Positions 45,413 to 54,227 of a stretch of DNA of 54,227 nucleotides are shown here, piece by piece. This stretch comes from an uncultured Peptococcaceae bacterium. GTDB taxonomy: Bacteria; Bacillota; Dehalobacteriia; UBA4068. Position 1 is the first letter of the stretch, and each line of letters opens with the position of its first letter. The stretch covers positions 1 through 54,227 of the forward strand of contig CAYJPF010000004.1 of NCBI GenBank assembly GCA_964372025.1. Direction: 5' to 3'. The notes below the pieces were generated by a model that ran no database searches, was not told the DNA's origin, and was given only the letters and a program-made list of their open reading frames with translations. Both the position numbers and the translations under genes were made by a program.

Positions 45413-47338
45413 TTGATTGGAAAACTGTTTAATGATCGTTATCAAATAATCGAAAAAATTGGCTCAGGTGGTACGGCCATCGTTTATAAAGGCCAAGACA
45501 CCCTGTTGGGGCGGATGGTAACGGTAAAAATTTTGCGTGAAGAATGCGCCAGTAATGAGGAATTTGTGCGCCGCTTTAGACGCGAAGCCCAGGCGGTAGC
45601 CAGCCTTTCCCATGGCAATATTGTGGCTGTTTATGATGTTGGCATGGAAGAAAATATGCAGTATATTGTAATGGAATTTGTTGAAGGGCTATCCTTAAAA
45701 GAGTATATTCAACAAAAAGGCAGCTTAGGCATAGAAGAAGCTGCCGCTATTATGGTGCAAATTTTAGATGGTATCAGCTATGCCCATGAGCATGGCATTA
45801 TTCATCGAGATATTAAGCCTCATAATATCCTCTTAGGCCATGATGGCCGTGCCAAGGTTACCGATTTTGGTATCGCCATCGGCATGACCGATGTTACGCA
45901 AACTTATAATACCTCGTCTAAAATCATGGGCTCGGTGCATTATATTGCCTCCGAGCAGGTACAAGGCTTAGCCGTTACCGAAAAATCGGATATTTATTCG
46001 GCCGGTGTGGTTTTTTACGAGATGCTTACCGGCGAATTGCCCTTTAATGGCGATACGCCAATTAGTATTGCCATGCAGCATGTGCAGGCCGAATTGATCT
46101 TGCCGCATCAGCTTAATCCACGCATCCCGATTGGTTTATCCTATGTAATTATGCGGGCGATGCGTAAAAATCCGGAAACCCGCTATGAAAGCGCCAAGGA
46201 AATGAGCGAAGCAATTAAGGGCGTAGTAGATGGTTTAAGCAGCATTTATCAACCTGCCCCCGATGAAAAAATTGATGGTGGCGAATTAATTACCGGCACA
46301 GATGGCCGACCCAGCCGCCGCGATAGAAGGGTAGAAACTGTGCGTAAACGCAATACGGAAGGCCGCAAACGTTCGATTAATTTTACGGCCATTTTGCTAT
46401 TAATAGTGGTGGTTAGCTTTGTGGCGGCCTTGATTTGGTTTGTAGGCAAAATTGGCATTATTTTTGAGCCGGAAACAATGATAGCTGCCCCCGATATGGT
46501 AGGCAAGGAAATTAGCCTGGCCGAAACCGAATTGGATAATATGGAGCTAAGCTATACCGTAGAGCGCAAAAATAGCGAAACTGTGCCGATTAATACCATT
46601 ATCAGCCAAAGCCCGGTGGCCGAAACCAGCATTAGTGCCAGCCGTAATATTATCCTAACAGTTAGCGATGGCCCTCCTTTAACCGATGTGCCGGTAGTAG
46701 AGGGATTAAGCGAATATTTAGCCGAAACCAGGCTGGCCGATAAAGGGCTTACCTTTGTTTATAATGAGCCGGAATATCATGATGATGTTTTAGAAGGCGA
46801 TATTATTGACCAAGTGCCGGCAGCCGGCACCCAGGTTGCCGGTGGCACCCAGGTGATGATGACGGTAAGCAAAGGGCCGGAACCAATTTTAATTGATATG
46901 CCAACCGTAACCGATTTGCCTTTAGAAGAAGCCCAAACCGCTTTAGCTAATGCAAAACTGCTGGTAGCCCAGCCTTTAGTTTATGAAGAAAGCCTAACCC
47001 ATAATGAGGGTATTGTAATTAGACAAAGCTCGGCCGCCGGCAGCGAAGTTGCCGAAGGCGATGAAATTACCCTGGTAGTAAGCTCGGGCCCCGGGCCTGT
47101 AGATCGCTCGGTAACAATTAATTATACCGTAATTGATGATGGCTTGCCCCATAATATCACTGTTGTCATCAGCGATACCCAAGGCGTGCGCGAAGTTTGG
47201 AATCAGGAGCATGAATCGGGCTATTTCTTCAATCAATCCTTTACCTATTATGAAAAAGGTATAATTACCATTTATCTGGACAATGTTGCCCAGCAATCCT
47301 TCGAAGTTCCTCAAAATGCCGGAGCAGGGAGTATATAA
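45413..47338 (+). CDS. prkC: Ser/Thr protein kinase with TM and three PASTA repeats
   Basis: Hanks kinase motifs GSGGTAIVYKG, VTVK, HRDIKPHN, DFG and SEQ. A TM helix (ILLLIVVVSFVAALIWFV) is followed by three PASTA-like repeats and a C-terminal beta domain. Confidence 0.92.
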   Translation: MIGKLFNDRYQIIEKIGSGGTAIVYKGQDTLLGRMVTVKILREECASNEEFVRRFRREAQAVASLSHGNIVAVYDVGMEENMQYIVMEFVEGLSLKEYIQQKGSLGIEEAAAIMVQILDGISYAHEHGIIHRDIKPHNILLGHDGRAKVTDFGIAIGMTDVTQTYNTSSKIMGSVHYIASEQVQGLAVTEKSDIYSAGVVFYEMLTGELPFNGDTPISIAMQHVQAELILPHQLNPRIPIGLSYVIMRAMRKNPETRYESAKEMSEAIKGVVDGLSSIYQPAPDEKIDGGELITGTDGRPSRRDRRVETVRKRNTEGRKRSINFTAILLLIVVVSFVAALIWFVGKIGIIFEPETMIAAPDMVGKEISLAETELDNMELSYTVERKNSETVPINTIISQSPVAETSISASRNIILTVSDGPPLTDVPVVEGLSEYLAETRLADKGLTFVYNEPEYHDDVLEGDIIDQVPAAGTQVAGGTQVMMTVSKGPEPILIDMPTVTDLPLEEAQTALANAKLLVAQPLVYEESLTHNEGIVIRQSSAAGSEVAEGDEITLVVSSGPGPVDRSVTINYTVIDDGLPHNITVVISDTQGVREVWNQEHESGYFFNQSFTYYEKGIITIYLDNVAQQSFEVPQNAGAGSI

Positions 47339-48249
47339 TGAGCAATAATTGGCAGGATGGCCTGATTTTAAGCTCTTTTGGCGGTTTTTATACGGTGCTT
47401 AGCCAAGAAAATAAGCATAAATGCCAATTGCGGGGAAAATTGAAAAAAAAGCGCTTTTCGGAAGATGGTTTAATCGGGGTTTTTGTTGGCGATAAAATCC
47501 AATTTTCTTTAGCCACCGATGGCGAAAGCTATGGCATGATCGAAGCCCTATATCCACGCCAAAACTTTTTGCCACGCCCTAAAATTGCCAATATCGAGCA
47601 AGCCATTATTGTGATGGCTGCTAAAGAGCCTGATTATGATTTGCTTTTATTAGAAAAAATCCTGATCACTACCGCTTTTTTGGGGATAGAGGCCGCCATT
47701 TGCATCAATAAAATTGATTTGGCCGATCATGATTTAGAGCCGGTTTTAGAACCATATCAAAAAGCAGGCTGGCCAATTACCCTGGTATCTACCTATACCG
47801 GCCAGGGCATAGAGCAATTTAAAAAATTGCTTAATGGCAAAATTTCGGTTTTGGCAGGCCCTTCGGGGGTGGGTAAATCGAGCATTTTAAATGCAATTTT
47901 GCCCGAAGCCAATATTGCGGTAAATGCAATTAGCGATCGCTTGCAAAGGGGCAAGCATACCACCCGTAGCGTAAGCTTGCTGGCTTTAGCAGAAGGTGGC
48001 TTTGTGGCCGATGCTCCCGGTTTTTCGCTGCTGGATTTGCCAACTGCACTTAAAAAAGACGACTTAAGCGATTATTATCCGGAATATAAGGCCTTAGGCG
48101 AGCAATGCCGCTTTTTGGGCTGCAATCATCAAAACGAACCCGATTGCGCCGTTAAACTGGCTGTTGAGCAGGGCGAATTATCCTTAAGCCGCTATCAGTA
48201 TTATTTGCGATTTTTAGAAGAAATTGCTGAAAGAGAAATTAAATATTAA
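47338..48249 (+). CDS. rsgA: ribosome small subunit-dependent GTPase A
   Basis: Circularly permuted GTPase (NKIDL ... GPSGVGKSS) with the C-terminal zinc finger CRFLGCNHQNEPDC. Confidence 0.92.
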   Translation: MSNNWQDGLILSSFGGFYTVLSQENKHKCQLRGKLKKKRFSEDGLIGVFVGDKIQFSLATDGESYGMIEALYPRQNFLPRPKIANIEQAIIVMAAKEPDYDLLLLEKILITTAFLGIEAAICINKIDLADHDLEPVLEPYQKAGWPITLVSTYTGQGIEQFKKLLNGKISVLAGPSGVGKSSILNAILPEANIAVNAISDRLQRGKHTTRSVSLLALAEGGFVADAPGFSLLDLPTALKKDDLSDYYPEYKALGEQCRFLGCNHQNEPDCAVKLAVEQGELSLSRYQYYLRFLEEIAEREIKY

Positions 48250-48259
48250 AGGTGATAAT

Positions 48260-48913
48260 ATGAAAAAAATAGCTCCGTCTTTTTTATCGGCCGATATTTG
48301 GCAAGTAGCCGCCCAGCTTAGCGCTTTAGAAGAAGCCGGCTGCGAATATTTGCATTTGGATATTATGGATGGCCATTTTGTGCCTAATATTTCCTTTGGG
48401 CCGCATTATATTCAAGGCCTGCGTAAGCATAGTAAAATGATTTTTGATACCCATTTAATGGTAGAAGAGCCGGATTTTTTGCTAGAGGATTTTGTTAAAG
48501 CCGGGGCGGATATTATCACCGTTCATGTGGAGGCAATTAAGCATTTGCATCGCACTATTGAGCGCATCAAAAGCTATGGCCTAAAAGCAGGTGTATCCTT
48601 AAACCCTGCTACACCCTTATCGGCTTTAGAAGAAATTTTGCCGCTGGTGGATTTAGTGCTAATCATGAGCGTAAACCCGGGTTTTGGCGGCCAAAGCTTT
48701 ATTCCCGAGGTAATCAATAAAATTGAGCGCTTAGCAGCACTTAAAAAGGCCAATAATTATCAATTTATTATCGAGGTAGATGGCGGTGCCAAGCAGGATA
48801 ATATTGCCCAAATTGCCGCTGCCGGCGCTGAATTAATTGTAGCCGGATCGGCTGTTTTTGGCAAAGAAAACCCAGCGCAAGCCTATCAAGATTTGGCTGC
48901 AGCATTAGCATAA
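48260..48913 (+). CDS. rpe: ribulose-phosphate 3-epimerase
   Basis: Begins MKKIAPSFLSAD, then HLDIMDGHFVPN, MSVNPGFGGQ and VDGG. The ATG at 48260 follows AAAGGTGA. The track start at 48224 overlaps rsgA. Confidence 0.92.
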   Translation: MKKIAPSFLSADIWQVAAQLSALEEAGCEYLHLDIMDGHFVPNISFGPHYIQGLRKHSKMIFDTHLMVEEPDFLLEDFVKAGADIITVHVEAIKHLHRTIERIKSYGLKAGVSLNPATPLSALEEILPLVDLVLIMSVNPGFGGQSFIPEVINKIERLAALKKANNYQFIIEVDGGAKQDNIAQIAAAGAELIVAGSAVFGKENPAQAYQDLAAALA

Positions 48914-48924
48914 AAGAGGTTGAT

Positions 48925-49380
48925 ATGGAACAAACAAATTGGGGGCAAAGCGTAAGCGGGGTGCTGATTATAGATAATCAGGTGCTTTTAGCGCGTCATA
49001 CTTATGGCAATGGCAAAGGCAAACTAATTGTACCCGGCGGTTATGTGCAGCATAATGAAACGCCTCAAGCTGCCCTTAAAAGGGAATTTTTAGAAGAAGT
49101 TAATTTAATCATCGAGCCTAAAGAGCTAATCGGCATTCGTTTTAATGCCCTGGATTGGTATTTAGGTTTTGCGGTAGATTATATAGATGGCGAAGTAAAA
49201 CCCGATAATGACGAAATTAGCGAAGCAATTTGGCTAAATATAGAAGAAGCCCTAAGCAGGGAAGATGTGCCGGAAAATACTAAATTATATATCAAAGCAG
49301 CCCTCAACAAAAGTGCCGGCTTAAAGCCAACACCCTTCGAAGGCCGCAACCCCCCCTGCACATTATACGGCTCATTCTAA
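48925..49380 (+). CDS. Nudix hydrolase
   Basis: Nudix box GGYVQHNETPQAALKREFLEEVNL (Gx5Ex7REUxEExGU). Confidence 0.85.
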   Translation: MEQTNWGQSVSGVLIIDNQVLLARHTYGNGKGKLIVPGGYVQHNETPQAALKREFLEEVNLIIEPKELIGIRFNALDWYLGFAVDYIDGEVKPDNDEISEAIWLNIEEALSREDVPENTKLYIKAALNKSAGLKPTPFEGRNPPCTLYGSF

Positions 49381-49476
49381 AGTTTAATCAATTTTTTTTA
49401 AAATGGCGGAGTTTTAGCTAAAGATAATCCATAGCTATGCATGTAGCTAAAAAGCTCGGGGCAGAGCCCCAAGGTC

Positions 49477-49505
49477 TTGACAACTAATTATGGTTAGTGT
49501 ATAAT
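49477..49505 (+). promoter_or_regulatory. consensus sigma-A promoter of the ilvA leader
   Basis: TTGACA (49477-49482), 17-nt spacer, TATAAT (49500-49505). Confidence 0.65.
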
Positions 49506-49534
49506 ACAATATCATCAAGAAAAAAGAGGCAAAT

Positions 49535-49588
49535 ATGTATAAACAAATCCAAAACATAGCTATTATTATTATCAACAGGCGAAGTTAG
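49535..49588 (+). CDS. Ile-rich leader peptide MYKQIQNIAIIIINRRS (17 aa)
   Basis: ATG 6 nt after AGAGG. Six of 17 codons are Ile, four of them consecutive (49562-49573). The stop codon abuts the first arm of mutually exclusive hairpins upstream of ilvA. Confidence 0.6.
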   Translation: MYKQIQNIAIIIINRRS

Positions 49589-49641
49589 GCTTATTTTTTA
49601 GCCCTTCGCCTATTGCTCATGCATAAGCGAAGGGCTTTTTT
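49577..49641 (+). promoter_or_regulatory. attenuator: antiterminator (49577-49584 : 49604-49611) versus terminator (49601-49609 : 49627-49635 + T6)
   Basis: AGGCGAAG pairs perfectly with CTTCGCCT. GCCCTTCGC pairs perfectly with GCGAAGGGC, which is followed by TTTTTT. The two helices share nt 49604-49609. Confidence 0.6.
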
Positions 49642-49672
49642 ATTTTTAAGCCCAAAATCAAAGGAGGAAATT

Positions 49673-50881
49673 ATGTTATTAAAGGATATCGAACAAGCAG
49701 CAGCCCGCTTAAAAGGAGTAATCCATAAAACACCGCTAACATCCAGCCGCACATTTTCGGAGATGTCTGATTGCGAACTTTATCTTAAATGCGAAAATAT
49801 GCAAAAAACCGGCTCTTTTAAAGTAAGAGGAGCCTATAATAAAGTAGCCAAAATGGCACAGGAAGGCAATTTACCTGCTGCTTTAATAGCATCCAGTGCC
49901 GGTAATCATGCCCAAGGGGTAGCCTATGCTGCTAAGTCTATTGGCAGCAAAGCCATTATTGTGATGCCCAAAAGTACGCCAATTGCCAAGGTTTCGGCTA
50001 CCCAGGGCTATGGCGCGGAGGTTATCCTCTATGGCGATTGCTATGATGAAGCCTATGCTAAAGCCCAAGAATTAAAAGAAGAACGCCAAGCTGTTTTTAT
50101 ACATCCCTTTGATGATGAAGATGTAATTGCCGGCCAAGGCACCATCTCGCTGGAGATTTTGCGAGCCTTGCCAACTGTGGATGCTATTGTAATCCCGGCC
50201 GGCGGCGGTGGGCTTTTAGCCGGGATGGCCTCTTGCATTAAGCAAATTAATCCCCGAATCCAAGTAATTGGCGTGCAGGCCGAAAATGCACCGGCAATTG
50301 TTCAATCATTTAAAGCAAAAAGCCTGGTCGAAACCCTAACCTCTAATACAATTGCCGACGGTATTGCCGTAAAATGCCCCGGCACAAAAACGCTAGACTT
50401 AATTTGGCAATATGTGGACGAAATGGTAACCGTTAATGATGACCAAATTGCCGAAGCAATTTTGATGGTTTTGGAGCGCTCCAAAATGGTGGTTGAGCCG
50501 GCCGGGATTTCCTCCTTGGCTGCAGTTTGGCAAAATAAAATCGATTTGGCCGGTAAAAGAGTAGTTTGCCTGCTATCGGGTGGTAATATTGATGTGGGCT
50601 TTATCCATAAAGTGGTGGAAAAAGGCTTGATTAATCGCGGGCGGCAAATGAAATTTAATACTTTAATGCCAGATAAACCCGGTAGCTTGCAGGAATTTGC
50701 CACTATTGTTGCCGAATTAGGTGCTAATATCATTTTAATTCAGCATGACCGTTTGCGAGCCAACTTAAACTTAGGCGAAGCAATTTTGCATGTAGCCTGC
50801 GAGGTTTCGAGCCGCGAGCATGGTCAATCTGTGGTTAAAAGCCTGGAAGAACGTGGTTATCCAATTACAATGGAATCCTAA
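49673..50881 (+). CDS. ilvA: threonine ammonia-lyase (biosynthetic threonine dehydratase, single ACT-like domain)
   Basis: PLP-Lys motif GSFKVRGA, then SAGNHAQG and GGGGL, and a C-terminal ACT-like domain (MPDKPGSLQEFATIV). The ATG at 49673 follows AAAGGAGG. The track start at 49613 lies inside the terminator. Confidence 0.88.
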   Translation: MLLKDIEQAAARLKGVIHKTPLTSSRTFSEMSDCELYLKCENMQKTGSFKVRGAYNKVAKMAQEGNLPAALIASSAGNHAQGVAYAAKSIGSKAIIVMPKSTPIAKVSATQGYGAEVILYGDCYDEAYAKAQELKEERQAVFIHPFDDEDVIAGQGTISLEILRALPTVDAIVIPAGGGGLLAGMASCIKQINPRIQVIGVQAENAPAIVQSFKAKSLVETLTSNTIADGIAVKCPGTKTLDLIWQYVDEMVTVNDDQIAEAILMVLERSKMVVEPAGISSLAAVWQNKIDLAGKRVVCLLSGGNIDVGFIHKVVEKGLINRGRQMKFNTLMPDKPGSLQEFATIVAELGANIILIQHDRLRANLNLGEAILHVACEVSSREHGQSVVKSLEERGYPITMES

Positions 50882-50890
50882 GGAGAAATT

Positions 50891-52108
50891 ATGGCGGAAA
50901 CTATTTTGCCTAAAGCCTATGGCGTGGCGGAAATTAATAATTATATTCGCGAATACTTAGCCGAAGATGAATTATTACCCAATATTTTAGTAAAAGGCGA
51001 GCTAACAGCCTATAAAACCCATAGCTCCGGCCATGCCTATTTTACGATTAGCGAAAAAAATGCCATTCTTAACGGTGCTATTTTTCGCAAAGATGCCGCA
51101 AGATTAAATTTTGCACCCCAAATTGGTATGGAAGTAATAATTTGGGGCAGTATCAGCTTTTATGAGCGTGACGGCAAAGTGCAGCTTTATGGACGGGAAT
51201 TTTTTCTGCAAGGGGCAGGCGCTAAGGAAGAAGCCTTACAACAATTAAAGCAAAAATTGGCTACCGAAGGCCTTTTTGATCAGGAGCATAAAAAAGATTT
51301 ACCTTTTTTTCCCTATTCGTTGGGGGTAATTAGCGGAGCAGGCAGTGCCGCTTGGGCCGATATTCAAAAAGTTGCCTTAAGCCGTAACCCTAATTTGCAG
51401 ATTAAATTATATCCGGCCACGGTGCAAGGCGAAAGCGCAGCCCAAAGCATTGTGCTTGCTTTATTTGAGGCCGAAAAAGCCGGCCATGATTTACTAATTG
51501 TTGGCCGTGGCGGTGGCGCAAATGAAGATTTAGCCGCCTTTAATGAGGAGGCCGTGATTAGAACAATTTTTGCCCTAAACACACCGATAATTGCAGCTAT
51601 CGGCCATGAAATTGATACTTCTTTGGCCGACTTGGTAGCCGATAGACGCGCCGCTACTCCTACCCATGCTGCCACAATCGGCATCCCCGATTGCGCCGAA
51701 CTAAGCCAGTATCTGGCTGCCTTAAAACTTAGGTTGCGACGGGCGCTAAATCATAACCTGCAACAAAAAGTGTATAATTTACAACAACTACAAAACCGCT
51801 TACAGGCTTTAAATCCTCAGCAGGTTATTGAGAATTATCGTCAACAAATATCAAAATTGCAATTTGACTTAGATAATACTTTTAAGCTGGGAAAACAACA
51901 AAAATACGAGCAATTTAATTTATTATTAGCTCGTTTAGATAATTTAAGCCCCTTAAAAACTTTAAGAAGGGGCTATAGTTTGTGCATAGATCAAAATCAG
52001 CAAATTATTGTAGATGCAGCACAATTAAAAACCGGTGATAAATTAAATGTAAAGTTAGATAAAGGCAGGGTATCCTGCCTGGTAGAGGAGGTTTATGATG
52101 AGCAGTAA
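50891..52108 (+). CDS. xseA: exodeoxyribonuclease VII large subunit
   Basis: 405 aa with an N-terminal OB fold (VKGELT...SGHAYF), then ISGAGSAAWAD and RGGG. Followed by overlapping xseB. Confidence 0.9.
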   Translation: MAETILPKAYGVAEINNYIREYLAEDELLPNILVKGELTAYKTHSSGHAYFTISEKNAILNGAIFRKDAARLNFAPQIGMEVIIWGSISFYERDGKVQLYGREFFLQGAGAKEEALQQLKQKLATEGLFDQEHKKDLPFFPYSLGVISGAGSAAWADIQKVALSRNPNLQIKLYPATVQGESAAQSIVLALFEAEKAGHDLLIVGRGGGANEDLAAFNEEAVIRTIFALNTPIIAAIGHEIDTSLADLVADRRAATPTHAATIGIPDCAELSQYLAALKLRLRRALNHNLQQKVYNLQQLQNRLQALNPQQVIENYRQQISKLQFDLDNTFKLGKQQKYEQFNLLLARLDNLSPLKTLRRGYSLCIDQNQQIIVDAAQLKTGDKLNVKLDKGRVSCLVEEVYDEQ

Positions 52109-52286
52109 TACCATAAATTTTGAGCAGCTTTTAGCCGATTTAGAAGCCAAAGTAAATGAATTAGAAAATGGCAACTTGGATTTAGAGGCCATGATGGCCA
52201 AATATAATGAGGGCATGGCCCTAGTAAAACAAGGTAATGATATTTTAGACAAAACCGAGCAGGCTTTGTTAGAAAAGGTGGATTAA
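52095..52286 (+). CDS. xseB: exodeoxyribonuclease VII small subunit
   Basis: 63 aa helical protein (FEQLLADLEAKVNELENGNLDLE). Overlaps the end of xseA. SD GGAGG. Confidence 0.88.
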   Translation: MMSSNTINFEQLLADLEAKVNELENGNLDLEAMMAKYNEGMALVKQGNDILDKTEQALLEKVD

Positions 52287-52287
52287 T

Positions 52288-53184
52288 ATGGACATTAATC
52301 AATTATTGGATTTTGCCAAGCAGGCAACCGAGCAGGAATTGGCAACAATTTTGCAACCTAAGCAAAAGGCCGAAGATCGCTTATATCAAGCTATGGAATA
52401 TAGTGCTTTAGCAGGTGGCAAAAGATTGCGCCCGGCTTTGTTTTTGGCGGTTTTGCTAACCTTTGAGGATAGATTAAAGGCCGATTTGGCCTCGTATATG
52501 CCTTTTGCGGCAGCCTTGGAAATGATTCATACCTATTCGCTAATCCATGATGATTTGCCGGCTATGGATAATGATGATTTAAGGCGGGGCAAGCCTACTT
52601 GTCATAAGGCTTTTGATGAGGGGTTGGCGATTTTGGCCGGCGATGGCCTATTAACCGAAGCCTTTAATCAAATGCTAAGTATTAAGGCGCAGGTAGGCGC
52701 TACCGATTTAATCGAAGCGGTGCAGGTTGTAGCGCAAGCTGCCGGTATTTATGGAATGGTTGCCGGGCAAGTTATCGATTTGCAATTAGAGGGCGAGCAG
52801 GCCGATATTGAGCAATTAAAGTATATGATTGAGCGCAAAACCGGGGCTTTATTTAGGGCGGCAATTATCAGCGCAGCCCATTTATGCAGGGCAAATGCCC
52901 AAGAGATGGCAGCTTTAAACATTTATAGCTATAATTTGGGTTTGGCTTTTCAAATTGCTGATGATATTTTAGATATAATTGGTGATGAGCAAAAATTGGG
53001 CAAGCCAATAGGCAGCGATATTAAAAATGATAAGAATACTTTTGTAAGCCTGCTTGGTTTAGAAGCAGCCAAAAAAGCAGCCAAAGATGCAGCTAATGCA
53101 GCTAATGCAGCCTTGGCTATTTTAGGCGATAAAGGCAAATTATTGGCACAATTCCCAATTTTGATGATAGATCGGGAAATTTAA
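52288..53184 (+). CDS. ispA: (2E,6E)-farnesyl diphosphate synthase
   Basis: First Asp-rich motif LIHDDLPAMDNDDLRRG and second FQIADDILD. Classic xseAB-ispA arrangement. Confidence 0.9.
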   Translation: MDINQLLDFAKQATEQELATILQPKQKAEDRLYQAMEYSALAGGKRLRPALFLAVLLTFEDRLKADLASYMPFAAALEMIHTYSLIHDDLPAMDNDDLRRGKPTCHKAFDEGLAILAGDGLLTEAFNQMLSIKAQVGATDLIEAVQVVAQAAGIYGMVAGQVIDLQLEGEQADIEQLKYMIERKTGALFRAAIISAAHLCRANAQEMAALNIYSYNLGLAFQIADDILDIIGDEQKLGKPIGSDIKNDKNTFVSLLGLEAAKKAAKDAANAANAALAILGDKGKLLAQFPILMIDREI

Positions 53185-53195
53185 TGAATTAAAGG

Positions 53196-53227
53196 GCTAT
53201 TGCCGATTTATTGGCAATAGCTTTTTT
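53196..53227. terminator. intrinsic terminator after ispA (possibly shared with the convergent small gene)
   Basis: 9-bp stem GCTATTGCC / GGCAATAGC followed by T6, with an AAA run on the left. Confidence 0.75.
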
Positions 53228-53251
53228 AAATTTGAATATAAAGATAGTACT

Positions 53252-53446
53252 TTAGTTATACTTATTTAGTGTATAATTAATTCTACTTAAAGTATCAAAT
53301 TTTATGATATTTGTTTTAAGGCAGCGCGGATTAAGTTGGCTTTTAATCAGGGTTAATTCTTTGGCGCAATAAGGGCAAAGCCATATGCAATTATTATTAG
53401 CCGAATAGGAAGTTTGATAACAATGAGGGCAAGTTTTATAGGCCAT
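53252..53446 (-). CDS. small zinc-ribbon protein (64 aa)
   Basis: CPHC...(16)...CPYC double CxxC. Good SD (AGGAG, 7-nt spacing) on the minus strand. Confidence 0.55.
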   Translation of the reverse strand: MAYKTCPHCYQTSYSANNNCIWLCPYCAKELTLIKSQLNPRCLKTNIIKFDTLSRINYTLNKYN

Positions 53447-53679
53447 ATTTTTGCTCCTAATATAATATTTATTTATATTATATCTTTAACAGGATAAAAA
53501 ACGCGACGAATTTTGCGCTTAAAATTATTTTTTTATGGTATAAATATGCTAATATTTGCAAAAAATATCATATATCTTAAATTTTATACAACTTTTATGC
53601 TAATTTGTAAAGGATAAGCCGACTGATTGTCGAATATAAAATCTTTAGGAGAAATTTTTGTTAGACTGGAGTGATTAAG

Positions 53680-54227
53680 ATGGAAAATGCGCAATATGAT
53701 CAAATAATTAATAGCGCATTTGAAGCTTTTAATGATTTTGCGGCTGCTAATGAGTTTGTGCCGATGCGTGATTTAATATATCAATATTTGCGAGATGCGA
53801 TAATTAACCGTAAATTGCCGGCCGGATGCCATTTAGTGGAAGATGATTTGGCGCGCAATTTGCATGCCAGCCGCACCCCGGTGCGGGAGGCTTTGCGCAA
53901 GTTGGAGTCTGAGGGTTTGGTTAAGCATCATCGGCGGCGCGGTGTAGAGGTTAAACAGATTAGTTGCAAGGAAGCGGCTGATATATTTGATGTTTGCATG
54001 GTGATGGAGGGTTATGCGGCCAGGCTTTTGGCCGAACATATCAACTTAGATGTGCTATCTAAGTTAAAGAAGCTTTTGCATGATATGCGGGAGAGTATTG
54101 ATAGCAATAATACTGATTTGGAGATGAGCTTGCATCAGGAGTTTCATTTTGCGATTTACGGTGCTTGTAAGAACAAGCGGGTAGAGGGGATATTGCGTTT
54201 ATATAATGATTATATTCAATTATTCCG
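53680..54227 (+). CDS. GntR-family (FadR/FCD-type) transcriptional regulator, 3' end outside the window
   Basis: My own translation from the ATG at 53680: MENAQYDQIINS...LPAGCHLVEDDLARNLHASRTPVREALRKLESEGLV (GntR winged HTH), then an FCD-like helical region. The frame is open to the window end. Not in the ORF track because it is unterminated. Confidence 0.8.
   Translation, partial: MENAQYDQIINSAFEAFNDFAAANEFVPMRDLIYQYLRDAIINRKLPAGCHLVEDDLARNLHASRTPVREALRKLESEGLVKHHRRRGVEVKQISCKEAADIFDVCMVMEGYAARLLAEHINLDVLSKLKKLLHDMRESIDSNNTDLEMSLHQEFHFAIYGACKNKRVEGILRLYNDYIQLF

Overview
This 54.2-kb chromosomal window looks like a low/mid-GC Gram-positive (Bacillota-type) genome. Supporting signs are strong GGAGG-type ribosome-binding sites, a PASTA Ser/Thr kinase, a sortase, class 1B dihydroorotate dehydrogenase, and the def-fmt-rsmB-rlmN-prpC-prkC-rsgA-rpe block known from Bacillus. 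I call 46 protein genes, plus a 17-aa leader peptide and a weak 5' edge fragment. I see no rRNA, tRNA, CRISPR, transposase or integrase. Gene content in order: (1) a 2 x 148-bp tandem repeat; (2) smc-ftsY-[MTA phosphorylase, MTA/SAH deaminase]-plsX-acpP-rnc; (3) potABCD bracketed by two inverted copies of a ~165-bp MITE-like element; (4) pyrK-pyrD; (5) xpt plus an orphan BMP lipoprotein; (6) an SBP-SBP-TM-GGDEF(degenerate)-EAL sensor; (7) an unknown 244-aa protein; (8) greA, lysS, deoC, arcA and a sortase; (9) an uncharacterised three-gene operon; (10) the polyamine cluster speA-speE-speB-CASDH-nspC; (11) the translation/cell-envelope signalling block; (12) a Nudix gene; (13) ilvA behind an Ile-rich leader-peptide attenuator; (14) xseAB-ispA; (15) a small zinc-ribbon gene; (16) a truncated GntR regulator. 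The best candidate for an undescribed system is the operon at 27173-34346. It encodes a 1616-aa HD / HEAT-like / nucleotidyltransferase / GNAT-like / PRTase fusion, an LDH-like dehydrogenase and an Fe-S flavoprotein-like protein, and it sits directly upstream of the polyamine genes. Other points worth a second look are the MITE-like pair (one copy sits inside a duplicated terminator hairpin), the tandem promoter-plus-terminator modules upstream of smc, and ribosome-mediated Ile attenuation of ilvA. All functional calls come from motif recognition by eye in the supplied translations. No searches or computations were run.
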